Of a stretch of DNA of 64,000 bases, positions 26,169 through 38,335 are shown in pieces. The stretch's first letter is position 1; each line of letters opens with the position of its first letter. Location: the NCBI GenBank assembly GCA_964247055.1, contig OZ176051.1, positions 7,626,001 through 7,690,000 on the forward strand. Direction: 5' to 3'. The DNA is from Paragordius varius (Eukaryota; Animalia; Nematomorpha). The translations under genes were made by a program, and so were the position numbers. The notes beneath the pieces are model-generated. The model was not told the DNA's origin, did no database searches, and saw only the letters and a program-made list of their open reading frames with translations.

Positions 26169-27994
26169 ATGAGCACAAAAAGATGTAAATTCAACGATGA
26201 ATTAATGAAAGAATTTCCTTTTATCAAAAAAACGAAAAATGAATCATCTGTTAAATGTCTTATATGCGAGGGGGAATTCACTCTAGCGCATGGCGGCAAG
26301 CATGATATTACAAAGCATATGAAAACACAGATACATAAAATAGATATGGCGGCATCATCTTACAAAAGGAGCGATTTTTTTCGAAAAACCGCTTTTGGAG
26401 AGGAAGAAAAGAATTTGGCACCAGCTGAGGGCGTGTTATCTTTTTACGCCGTTAATCACAATCATTCCTTTAGATCTATGGACTGTACCTCACAGGTTAT
26501 TCGCACGTTATTCCATAAAAAATTTACTTGTGCCCGTACAAAGGCTGAAGCCATTGTGTGCAATGTCCTTTCGCCACATGCCTTTATGAAATCAAAAAGA
26601 TTTGCTGAAAATTAATTTCTTATCCCTATACTCTGATCATCAAATCACCATAAAACAAAATTATTTCCCACTTTAATAAGATATTATGATTCAGAAACCG
26701 GAGTAATTAAAATTTTAGATTTAATTTCCTTACCCGGTGAAAATTCCGAAATAATATTTACTTCAGAAATGCATATTCTGTAAAAAAAATAATTTAAAAG
26801 ACAAAATTATCGCATATTGCGCTGACAACACCAATACGAACTTCGGTGGAAAAGCAAGGAGGGGAACAAAACATACTTTTCATAAATTAAGGGATAATCT
26901 AAATCAAAACATTATTGGCGTTGGGTGTGCAGTGCATATAATACACAACGCTATTCAAACAGCTGCTGATTTGTTACCCCTAGATGTGGAAAATGTAGTT
27001 GTTAAAATATATTCCTATTTTTATATATAAACGGTACGTGTTGAAACGCTTAAAGAATTCTGTGAAAATGCAGAAGTTCAATATCAAAAAATGCTTGGAT
27101 ATTGTAAAACTGGTTGGTTAGCTTTTATGCCAGCTATCGAAAGAATTTTAAAAATGTATGATCCTTTAAAATCATTTTTTTATCACAGGACAAATGTCCT
27201 ACAACTTTAAAAAAGTTTTTTAAAAGTGATTCTTCAAAAATATGGTTAGAATTCTAACATAATCAAGCTTCTCTCTTTTAAAATGTTATTAAATTTGAAG
27301 GTGACAAAATTTCGGCAATCGAAGTAACGGTTAGAAAATAATTTTATACCATTAACCATCCGCAATATAATAAATAATTTAGAAAAACAAGGCTTAATAA
27401 ATCGCCAAGATATCCTTTATACAAACTATAAAATTTGGAAGACTGGACGACGCAATTCAACGAAATTAATTATTTTCATTGGATAACATTAAAAACAGAA
27501 TTTAATTAATGCGATGTTCAAAAATCATTTGATTATATCTGTTCCCAAAAATTCTCAAAAAGTAATCTTTCAGAAAATGATCTTTTTTCTGAAGTATCAT
27601 TAGTTAAAAGATATATTAATAATAAAAAACTTAAATTATGGACAAAAGAAAAATATACAGTAGAAAAGAAATGGTTGGAAATATTTCATCATTTTAAAGC
27701 CAACTATATTACATACAATAATATTTTAAAAATTGTGGGATTCGCACTATCTTTATCTGGAACCAACGCTGCTACTGAGGCGTTTTTTCCACAGTAAATC
27801 AGGTGTGGACATCGGAAAAATCAAATTTAAATGTTGAAACTTTAAAGGCCGTTTTATCTGTCAAATATAATTTGACAAATTCTTGTGAAGACTTCTACAA
27901 TATTTTAGAAAATGATGACAATCTGCTAAAACGATACACTCAAACAAAAAATATACCAAAGAATAAAATATTTTCTTTAAAGTTTTTGTGTTAA
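26169..27994 (+). pseudogene. hAT transposase pseudogene (BED-type Zn finger, DDE core, C-terminal dimerisation domain)
   Basis: N-terminus KCLICEGEFTLAHGGKHDITKHMKTQIH (C2H2 BED-like); middle YCADNTNTNFGG, GVGCAVHIIHNAIQTAAD and GYCKTGWLAFMPAIERIL; C-terminus SGTNAATE.FFSTVNQVWTSEKSNLNVETLKAVLSVKYN. Several frameshifts and stops. Confidence 0.9.
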
Positions 27995-28011
27995 AAAATA
28001 AACAAAATTAC

Positions 28012-28825
28012 TTAAAATATTGTATAAGTCTTCATAATTTGTCAAATTATATTTGAACACATAAAATGGCTTTTATTCAACATTTAAATTTGATTCCGTG
28101 TCCTTACTTAATTTACTGTGAAAAAACGCTTTTAATAGAAGTGGTTCAGGTAAAGATAATGCAATTCTACAATTAAAATATTATTGTATGGAATATAATT
28201 TGTTTAAAAATGATTATTTTAACCATTTCTATCCTACGTATTTTTTTCAGTTGTCCATAATATAAGTTTTCATTCAAATTATTCAATAATGAGACTAAAA
28301 AAGTGTCATTGTGCACCCTCTTGTCTTCCAAAAAATCGTTTCTGTTTGTATAAAACATTTTTATATTCTGGCTATTCATTGAGACTTGTTTTTCTGGATG
28401 CTTTATAATATTGCGATTAGGTAATGGTACAAAATTATTTTCTAACCTTTTTTGACTTGGAATGACCTTTGTCCTGTGATAAAAAATAGGATTCTAGGAG
28501 ATCACATTTTTATAAATATTTCAATCGCTGGCAAAAGAGTTAACCAACAGTTCTACAATATCCAGGCATTTTAACATCTATATTTTCCACATCGGGTATC
28601 AAATCAGTGGCTGTTTGAATAGCGTTGTGTATCTGCCAATAATGTTTTGAATAAGATTATTCGCTAAATTGTTAAAAATATTTTTTGTGCCGCTTCTTGC
28701 ATCATCCAGCGCACTTTGTGATGATTTCGTCTTTATTATTTTTTTCTATAATATTACAATCACTTCACCCTTTGTTCGTGCACATGTAAATTTATTGAAT
28801 AAGGTACAACAACCTGTAAGGTACA
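28012..28825 (-). pseudogene. Inverted, internally deleted copy of the same hAT transposase sequence
   Basis: The reverse complement of 28012-28056 (tcaaatataatttgacaaattatgaagacttatacaatattttaag) matches 27862-27908. Further collinear blocks match ~27780-27860, ~27660-27770, ~27325-27450, ~26900-27200 and ~26490-26560, with deletions between them. Confidence 0.88.
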
Positions 28826-31589
28826 AATTTTTTTATATTTATAATGTATTTGTGTTAAAAATAAATAAATATTACAATAAATTTTTTGTATAAAATTTTT
28901 GGTTGTACCCCCCAATGACCCTCCCCCCCCTTTTTTTAGATTTGTCCCGCTTTTTCCTTCAAAAAATCTGGTCACCTTAGCCATATATAATAAATTTCAA
29001 ATATTAGTTACCGGATTAACGATTTCCATATAATTTTCCGTTTATTAATTACAACAAAAAATGTTTCTAAACCTGATCAATTATTTATAATATCATAAAT
29101 TAATTTTGTTACTTTTAAATTTTGAGGCACCTCTTTTTACGGAAGCCCTGAGTGAAAGAACAATTAGCCTGGATCTAATGGTGGAGTCCGAGATTTAAAG
29201 TGTCGCCACTGCGCAAAAGGCTGAATCATAAGCGGTTAGACCGATTCAAAATCCAATTTTATGTATAATTTGAGAAAATATATTAACCAATTAAAATAAG
29301 CTCTTAGTTTTTTACCGCAAAATGAACTATTTCTTTACATATTATGAAGTTATTTTTACAAGGGTACTATATCAAATTCTAAAATAATTTTTTGGATAAA
29401 TTAGAGGCAATTAATATATATTTTTAAAAATTATTTTTTTAAATTTCAAAAGCAGTACAGTCCTAGTTTTTTTCAGAAAATCCAGTACTGTACTGCGAAA
29501 AACAGCCTTCTGGTCACATTACCACATATCAATCGAAAAACCAAAATGAACCAGAAAATTTAGCAAAGCGATTTCGCTATATGAAATGCTTCGTGTTACA
29601 CAACAAAACGAGTGAAAGACATTTCAAATCACTCCTAGGAGAATATTTTCCTAATCCGTTGAACTTTCCTGACCTAGCGACATCCGAATAACTCCGCATC
29701 AATGAAGCATATTTTCAGAGCAGCACTGAAAGACGTTGGAAAATGGCTTGACGAGGTCATCCAGATTTTCAGCCCGGAATTCATATGCAAAGTAAAAGAG
29801 GAGCGAAATTTGTAGAAACCGATGTACAATATTTAGAATACAAAAAAATGTTTACCTTCCGAATCCCATGTGTTTTACCAATATCGGTAAACACTAATGA
29901 ATACACTTGGTAGAGTGAGATTTAGGTAAACGACTAGTGTGAAAATCGATAGAAGTTTGAGGAAACTTTAGGGATAATAAACGGAAAAAAATATTAGTTA
30001 TCAGTTTGTGGTACTTTTTTGAAATACGGAGTAAAACGCTTTATTAATATGTTTGTGGATTAAAAGGAGTTTTTTTATAATGTATTTAAAAACGACCACT
30101 GTATTTAAAAAGCACGGTTGAATATTTATAAATGTTTAAACATAAGATAATTTTGACGCCGCAGGAAAATCCCAATAGCTCCTTGAATACTAGAACCGAA
30201 TTAGAATTCCAAATATTTTTAAAATGTGCCATTTAACGTGTAGACAACAAAGATTATTTAATCAGAATAAAGTGACTAAATAAAATATTAAAAAACTGTT
30301 GCCTATTTAATCCAACCACCGATTAAACAAATCTATCATTTGATAAAATTTTTGACGATACCAATACTTATGAACAGATGATATTTAAACAAATTTTCAT
30401 GACCTGTTGATATTGTGACACAAATTATATTATAAAGCGTGGTGAATAACTCAGGGCACATAAATGATCGGTACATTTAAGAAATCCATAAATTTGAATG
30501 GGTCAACACTTTTATTCAGAAATTTGTCTCAAAATCACGTATTTTTATTAACGGTAAGGCTGCACAGAGGTGAAAAAAGCCCTTACCTATAATTTCCGCT
30601 ATAAAGAAATAACCTATATTATATATTAACTTGTGCATTTTTCCATATTTCGAACAAATATTTTTATGGATTTAGTTTTCGCAAAGAGTGGAAAGATACA
30701 CATGGGCTAATTCTAAATGCGACTATGATCCGCACATTTATAAATGAATAAAATATATACTTTTGACTCTAAATTTTGTTTTCTAAATTTACAGGACAGA
30801 AGTTAATACAAAAAAGTGTCTGAGTATGATCAGCGCATTGACAAGAAATATCCATTAAATAAATATAAATGGGCTACGATTTCTAAAATAGTTTGTCCAG
30901 CATTTTTCATACTTTTTTTAATACATATAGATGTAAATTTTAAAGGCATTTTCATCCAGATTATAAGCTGCTTCAGATGTCAATGCTCACATTTTCCCTA
31001 TATATAGGTTTTAACCCTTAAAAATATTTTAATTTTTAAGTTATTTTTAATTAAAAACTTAGTCTTTTTGACTGTAAATGGTGGACCTTTTAAATTTTTA
31101 TATACATATATGTGTGTGTGTGTTTTTAAAACATCGATGTCAATACCTGATTACCCAAATATTTGGTGAGCATGTAATACAAAGTATAAAATTTAATATA
31201 CTATTTTTATACCACGTAATAAACATATCATGCCATGAAACCAATTGTTTAAACCAAACTCAATTACGACATACTATCGTTTGAAAGTTTCTTGACGGAA
31301 TTAGATGTTAAATTAGGGAACATTTTAAATTAAATTAAAGTTAAATTTAGCATAGAACTCATCATGTTTCTATTTGTTCTTTTTGTACTTCAATGAATTA
31401 AATCTATTTTCAGAGAGGGCACAAAAAAAGCAAACGGGATATGATCTGTGGTAGAGTTAATTTTATGTGAAAAATTTTATGATTATATACTTTTGTAAAA
31501 TTATGAATGATCACATTTAACTAGGTTATAAAAAAATAATCAAAATTGATTACATCTGTTGTGGAATTAACCATTTCATGTTCAAATTA

Positions 31590-32050
31590 TTACCACCTCC
31601 GCCTGGTGGCTACCGGCAAACAACAGGGTTAGCAAGTCGGCTTGAGGCTAACGGGGAAATTGGTGAGCATCGAAGGATCTCAGAGTCGCGTCAGTATGGG
31701 AGCTGAACTCTCACAATTTAATACAAGCGCACCAACCTGATCTGTAAGGGTAAACGCTTTACTCGATATAGGGAATTACCAGGTGTCTAAAACCAAGCAA
31801 AATAGATTGTTTGCAAGTCTTTGACAAGGTTAGCGAGTTGTTGGAAGAGGGATCGCACGCCGAGGGATAGGAGTTAGGGATTGTGTACACAGGTCAATCT
31901 TTATAAGGGTTTCAGGAAGGAAAGGATTGGCATGAGCACAACTTCATTTTCCTTATTAGAGCGACAAAAATGCCTTACAGGAATCGAAGGCCAGTAAGTT
32001 TAAAGTGTGGCAGTTTAAAGTTTTTACCAACTGGCTACCCATGTCCTTTT
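31590..32050 (-). mobile_element. Possible decayed non-LTR retrotransposon RNase H region (GC-richer island)
   Basis: Frameshifted peptides VVLMPILSFLKPL and QTIYFAWF/RHLVIPYIE*SV loosely resemble IFSDSLSAL.AL and I.F.WVPGH.GIPGNE.AD of LINE RNase H. The match is weak and by eye. Confidence 0.35.
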
Positions 32051-32403
32051 TTGAATAGTCTAATATATCTACCAAAAAGTCGCTAATTTAAGATTATTGC
32101 CAGTTCTAGGTTCCCTATTCAGCATGTTTGTCTCGTTGATATAATTTTTCTATATTAATCTCGCTAACAAAGGTCAAAATATTATATAATAACAGAAATT
32201 GTTTAAGAAATATCTTGGTCTTTTGTAGCCATCATTAATCATTGGTGTTTTTAAACCCTCATATGCTAAACGCTAAGCCATTGTTTTAAAAACGCTTTCT
32301 CAGCCTAACAATCGGATCATAAAATATACAGTATTTATGGAAAAAATAGTAAAGATAAAGAGACCTTGTAAAAATATAAAAAAAAATAACCGTACCTTAA
32401 ATT

Positions 32404-33503
32404 CAGGGCTTGGAACCGGTTCAAAAAAAGTGGAACCGGAACTGGGTTGGTTCCGGAACAAGTGGAACCGGAATCCCGTTGGTTCCTAAAAATTTTAAAA
32501 ATAGAACCGGGCGGTTCCTGAAACTTTGGAACAGGAACCGGGTGGTTCCTGAACAAATGTAACCGGAACCGAGTTGGGTTCTTAAAAATTTAGCGGTTCC
32601 GGAACCGGTTATTTACGGTGAGAACCGGTTCCATTTTCGGTTCCTGACTTTTGATTAATTTCTTACAAAATATTCATTATTCTTGGTTTCCAAGTGTCTC
32701 CACAATATTAATTTTAATTAAGCGCTTCATTATTGGTCCATTAATCATTTTCATTCCTGAATCCTCTTAAATGGATAAAGGTGTACAATTTGTCGTAACA
32801 AGCTCTATTTAAGCGCCAATTAACACTCTATTGAGTAAGAAAAAGTTATATTTGGTTTGTTAAGAATTGTTATTCTAATTTGTGTTGTAGAACTAGATCA
32901 TAAATTACATAATTTTATACTTAAAATCAAAGTTAATTTTGGAAAAATTAAAATGGGTACTTAAATATTTGACTAGAATGGAGTTGTTATTTCCTTCAAT
33001 TTTTGTTTGACGAGTTCGGCATGTACTATCATCGGCGGTAATATCAAAATATGTTTTTAAAATAGTTTTTCTTAGTTTCCTTTGAAATTAAAAAAATTAA
33101 GCGAGTTAGGAAGATGTGTCAAACAATAAAAGCTGTCCGTTGTAATATATATTATGAGTATTGGTTTTGTTAGAACAGCCGAATCGCCCAAAACTCAGAG
33201 AGTATCACTTATATAATATTAGACCCTTAGTTTCACGTTTAAAATTTTAGATATGTAATATGTAATGGTACAATCAAATTTAAATAATAAAATAAAAATT
33301 TTATAATAAAAATCATATGGGAACCAGCAATTAAGGGGGTAGAACCGGAACTGGATTGGTTCCTAAAAATTTATATACAGAACCAGGGTGGTTCCTGAAA
33401 TTTTGTAATCGGTACCGGGGTGGTTCCCGGGGAGTGGAATCGGTTCTTGTTAAAATCCCAGAGACCGGGTTCCGATTCCATGCGGTTCCGGTTCCAAGCC
33501 CTG
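32404..33503. mobile_element. Non-autonomous hAT-like element (1100 bp) with GAACCGG/GGTTCC subterminal arrays
   Basis: TIRs are cagggcttggaaccgg (32404) and ccggttccaagccctg (33503); the 8-bp TSD is cttaaatt/tttaaatt; dense gaaccgg/ggttcc repeats lie at 32410-32645 and 33320-33500. Confidence 0.88.
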
Positions 33504-34675
33504 TTTAAATTATCCTAAAAAAATTTTTTGGAAAATAATAATTATAAATCATTTTTGCAGAGGTAATAATTATATTTTATGGTTAGAAATCACCAAGATT
33601 ATACTATATAGATTCTTTTTGTGTCTATTTAATTTAAAATTATTTCTTTAGCTCCTTAAAAACTATCGGAATAAAATTACTTATGATAAAAAAATGAGAA
33701 TTTATTATATGTATATATATGGGCAAAGTGACATGATTATACAGTTAACACTGTTGATTATAATCGAATTGCTAACACGGTTTATTTAAATATAATTCCA
33801 GGAAATCGTGTGAATCGAGTTACTGTTAGAAATTTTTTGAAAGAAAACTCTAATTTTTACCTACAATAAAACAAAGACATTGCGTGCTTAATTTTCTAAT
33901 TAACACACATAAATATTATAATGACCTAAAAATATTATTCAAAGTTAAGGAGTGAATTTAAAACTTTCACTGTTTTATTTCTGAAAAAAAAAGTCTTGGT
34001 AAGAAGATAGTATTAATTGTTTTTCTCGTTATCCAAAAAAAGTTTTGTTTCACAAACTAATCTAAGTCATACACCTATTTGCGAATTTTGAATCATCAAA
34101 ATATTCTACTAACTCTCGAAGAATACATTTTATTTTTTGCTTCAAAAAAATATATTTTTCTAAATTAAGTGTATCAAGTTCATATGTAATGCATTATAAA
34201 TTATATAATTTCATATTTCTGAATAGCAATTGTTGCCTATAGTAATAATTATAATGAATAAAATTTTACTTTTTAAAGTATATGTATATATGCCTAATTA
34301 TTTATATGTATGTGGGGGGAGGAAAAATCTTAAACATAATATATAATTTAATTTAATAAATAGGATTAACGATATTTTACCTATAATTAATTTAAACATT
34401 AGAATTATATCAAACAGGGAAAACTAACTTATAAAATAAAATTGGTAAATATTGGGAGATAGATAGATAGATAGATATAATTAAGTTTGCAAAGTTTTTT
34501 TTTTCAACATAATTATTTTTATCCTTATACATATACAAGATTAGTTACATCTTAGATAATAATAAAAAATTCGGTTTAAATTAATTAATTTTGAGATTTA
34601 TCATTATTTCTTTACTTTTTATTTTTTAAAACTTAATTTTTTCCCCAGATTTTTTTCATTGTCAATCTTATTAAA

Positions 34676-37600
34676 ATGTTTAGTCCAATATTAACAGTTT
34701 CCTTGGCTTTGTGCCCCTTGATATTTTCAATGATTGCAGGTTTGCAGTTTAAAGTTTCTATTTTTATTTCTGAATGGACTTATAGTTTACATATTTTTTT
34801 TCGGATTTGGAATAGGTATGGAGCCATACTCAATTCAAAGATATCGAAACGGAAAGTATTGGCAAAAGGGTAAAACCAATTCAGAGGAAGCCGTTTTCCG
34901 TGGCTTAAAAAGTCTCTATAAAAACCCCTATAAATCGCTAGATAACGTAAACTCAAATGTCAATAACAGTGATATTGTATCGAGTACGGAAAGAAAAGTG
35001 TATACCACCTCCATATCTCAAGGATTAATCGAACTTCAAAAGCGGAGAATAGCGGCTTTGCGAAGCTTCAATCAAAATCATCCAAGAGGTTCCGACGGTT
35101 CACCCAAACTCGAAGATTTGTCAGCCAAGGTTGCTTCGCTTCGTGAAGCCTACAAAACTCACGAGACAAACAGTGGTGCTGTATCTCCCCCCGAAAGAGA
35201 ATTGAAAGTCAAAGATGAAAGTGAGTTTAAACTGTTGAGTGGAACGGATGAAACCCCATTGTACCAAGAGAAGGCCCGTATGGCTGCCATGTTAGAGAAG
35301 TACGGGGATAATGGAAAGAAATCTAAACGTGATTCAACATCGCGAGACAGACGATTCCAAAATTTCCAACGTATGCTTGATCATCCTTCTTCGGAGAAAA
35401 ACATGGAAGAATCCATTATTAAAAAAAGTGTTAGAATCGTTCCAGCCATGAACGATTTACTGCACGCAGGGGCAAACCCCAAATCTAAAGAGCGTTTTAA
35501 CGATGCAGCTTACGATACTGTTCAAAAAGATAACAGGTTTTTGGGTCGGGCTCAGAATGATTATGAAATGATTGAAAATCATCGTTACAATAGAGGAGCC
35601 GCCAAACGAGATGCTAGAAATCATATGGAGAGAAGTCATGTCCGCGAGCCAACCTTATATCAAAATCAAGATACAAACGCCCAATATAATAAAAAGGTAT
35701 TTTATTCACATTTTATCTTTAAACCTAATCATTTTCTGTACAATTTAACGATTGCATTTGATTTTCATAGGTGGCATACATGAAGGAGTACAATAATAAT
35801 AATGAGAACGGTAGGGGTTACATCGATTCTAACAACGCACAAACTCAATTTACACCACTCTCCATCATAGCTAAACTTATGCCTTTCTCACTCAAATCTC
35901 GCCAGGAACGCCGTGAAAAACAGCAACAGCTTGTAAGCAATCGATTAAGTTTTTTGAAACAAGCCCATATGATGGAACATCCACCCGTTAATCAAGCTCA
36001 TGTTGATTCTGCTCCATACTCGTCTCCTCAAGATAGGTAAAATTTTTTTGGATATAAATAATACTGTAATCATAAAGTCATAATAGTGCCTAATAGCTCA
36101 TAATCGTTTCTTAATTTTTGTAATAAAACAATGATTCAAAAGTTTTACAACAATTTGCTATATACCTGTCCCCCATCCTGTCATAAAAGTATAATTTTTA
36201 GATAAAAACTATCTTAATGACTCTAAAAATCAATCTTTTCCTAAATTCCATTAGTTTGATATTGGTTTAAACACACTTTAATTCTGATTGGATGTAGTAG
36301 ACTCGATGGTGTTTATGGACAAGATCACATTCCAGGCGAAAGTCGTTTCTATGATGCCAATGGCCCTTCATCCCAACCAGCAGCAGACAACAATGAATAC
36401 CACCATCAATCACAACACAATTTTAGACCGAGCCATTCTCGACCGCCTCCCAGTCATCATGCCGTTTCCTCCTCGTACGGCGGAGGACAAGAAAAAGATT
36501 CTTCCTCTGTGGGTGTTGGGATTCCACTTTCCCCTTCATCGTACGGGGCTCCAACCGGTCCACATAGACCCCACAGCTACCAACGAGCCGCACTAGAACC
36601 CAAACATGAGGATGACTATGCCCATTTCAATTATGGTGCTAATGCCCATGGCACAGCTATTCATCATCACCAACAAGTTCAGCAGGGGAAAGAACAACCC
36701 GGTTCTCGACCTCTGCAAACGCCTTGGGATGGAAGTAGTGTAGGCACGTACCCTGATTCCCCTGCATACGTGCCCAAGAAACAAGCTATCACGTATGATG
36801 CTGATAATGGGTATGGACATGACCCCAACATTGAAGTCAACTCATATGAAGTGAGCGATCGAGCTAGCGTTATTTTTATAAATTAGAAATACAATTCAAT
36901 TACTCCATAAACAGTGCTTAAAATTGGGTATCATAAAAAAGATATACAGGAAAGTGTATATATATATTCTGGTAAAAATATTGGGAAATTCATGGGTTTT
37001 GCTTTGAAATGTGTATTACAGGGTCTTATGTTTAATTACGAATTAGCAAGTTTGCACAATAGTTAATTAATATTTGGATAAAATTGGAATTTCTTTTAAT
37101 TATTTTATATATTATAAATTAGCTTTAAAAAGCATTATTTGAGTTAATATTTTAATTTTATTTGCGAAATCCGTACATTTTTGGTCATCTAAAATGGCCT
37201 TGTGTTCTTAAATATAAATCTTAAAGATGAGGTTGCGGGATACGTTTTAATATATGTATTACTAATAAAATAACTTCAAATACGGTCAATTCAGCTAAAT
37301 TTTGTCAAAGCGTATATATAAATTTAACTATAATTATATTAAAATATTATGAAAACATTAAAAAATTGGATGCCACTGAAGATGTTTACCTCAGATTTTT
37401 TTGAAAATTTAAGTACAAATCTCATCAAAAAACATATGTGATGTATTCAGGAAAGAGATGGGAACTTTCAATTGCAAAAATATTTTTATTCACACAATTA
37501 AAATTTATTTCACATTATTTTACTACAGAATGTAATGTTAGAAAAAGATTTAGGATTCGGCGGATTTTGCACTGACAAAGAGAATGGCCTTTACGCCGAC

Positions 37601-37729
37601 ACTGCAACTAAATGTCAACAATTTTATGCTTGTGAATGGGGACGGTCTCACCAATTCACCTGTCCATATGGAACAGCATATAATATGTTAAACTTTAAGT
37701 GCGATTGGAATTACAATGTTGACTGTTAA
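34676..37729 (+). CDS. Secreted ~650-aa protein with a low-complexity body and a single C-terminal chitin-binding type 2 (CBM14/peritrophin-A) domain
   Basis: Exon 1 (34676-34739) encodes the signal-like MFSPILTVSLALCPLIFSMIAG. Exons 34816-35696, 35771-~36037, 36298-~36850 and 37529-37729 join in phase. The C-terminus CTDKENGLYADTATKCQQFYACEWGRSHQFTCPYGTAYNMLNFKCDWNYNVDC* has the six-Cys CBM14 spacing with conserved aromatics. Confidence 0.88.
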
Positions 37730-38139
37730 AATCCAACATATTTAAATATTATTATAATCATTTTATTTTATACCACCACATAAATTGTTACTCACCAACA
37801 ATAAAAAATCACATATTATGTATGTTATTTAACCCTTTATACCAAAGATTTTATATATTATATATATTAATACCAATACATATTTCTTTATTTAATATGT
37901 CGAGATTGCGCACACAATGAGTATTCTTGGTCACACACATGCTAAATAAATATTTTCATAATATCGAGCTAAACCTTATCAGTATATATGGATTGTATGT
38001 AGAAATTATTCCTATTTAATCATATTACTTTCTAAATAATATTAAAGAGTCAATTCAATGCAAGGTTCAGTCTTATTCGAATTGGGGGGATTAATTTAAT
38101 TGATATTACGATTTAATATCTGTAATCATTCACAAAAAG

Positions 38140-38335
38140 CAATTACAAAATACCCATCAATGTTTTAGGTTATTTAGAGGCATTTTAAAAACTGTTGGCT
38201 GATATTGGTTAATCGATCGTAAACTATAGAGCAATTTTATTTTAATATCAAGTAAACAATCAAAAAAAGCAAATTTTAAAATACCCATCAATGTTAATGA
38301 CATTTTTACGATTTAAAAACCGTTGCCTGATAGTG
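38140..38335 (+). repeat. Two-copy ~130-bp tandem repeat
   Basis: aaaagcaa...aaaatacccatcaatgtt...tttaaaaac.gttg.ctgata occurs at ~38137 and ~38266. Confidence 0.6.

Larger units (their letters stand above)
25648..28979 (+). mobile_element. hAT DNA transposon, 3332 bp, with a disrupted transposase and an internal inverted duplication
   Basis: TIRs are taaggtgaccaga (25648) and tctggtcacctta (28979); the 8-bp TSD is gtcatata/gccatata; repeated gtcccgc subterminal motifs occur at both ends. Confidence 0.92.
24959..29521. mobile_element. Non-autonomous hAT element (copy A, ~1.2 kb native) with TAATGTGACCAGA-type TIRs, host to the inner hAT
   Basis: Ends are taatatgacc (24959) and tctggtcacatta (29521). 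The 8-bp TSD is ccatatat/ccacatat (24951-24958, 29522-29529). The body is homologous, in reverse, to copy B at 49758-52161. Confidence 0.85.
24213..29910 (+). mobile_element. Mariner (Mos1-like) transposon pseudogene split by a 4.6-kb nested insertion
   Basis: 5' half from ATG 24356: MSNFVPKKEHLR, ELLDDD, QQLAETLHVSQ, KWVPH, ENRKPTCKILL, YFVNP. 3' half after 29530: NAS.YTTKRVKD, FPDLATSE, KWLDEV, GIH, FVETDVQYLE. These match the Mos1 transposase halves. Degenerate TIRs are ctaggtgtaatc (24213) and atacacttgg followed by TA (29901-29912). Confidence 0.88.

Noticed and set aside
32404-33503. GAACCGG/GGTTCC repeat clusters as a CRISPR-like array, and the ORF at 32335-32556
   Set aside because: The repeats are short, irregular and lack unique spacers. 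They are subterminal motifs of a TIR element with an 8-bp TSD, and the ORF is a by-product.
36295-36300. TAGTAG tandem (NAGNAG) acceptor in the CBM14 gene
   Set aside because: Real in the sequence, but it would change only one residue in a disordered region; commonplace.
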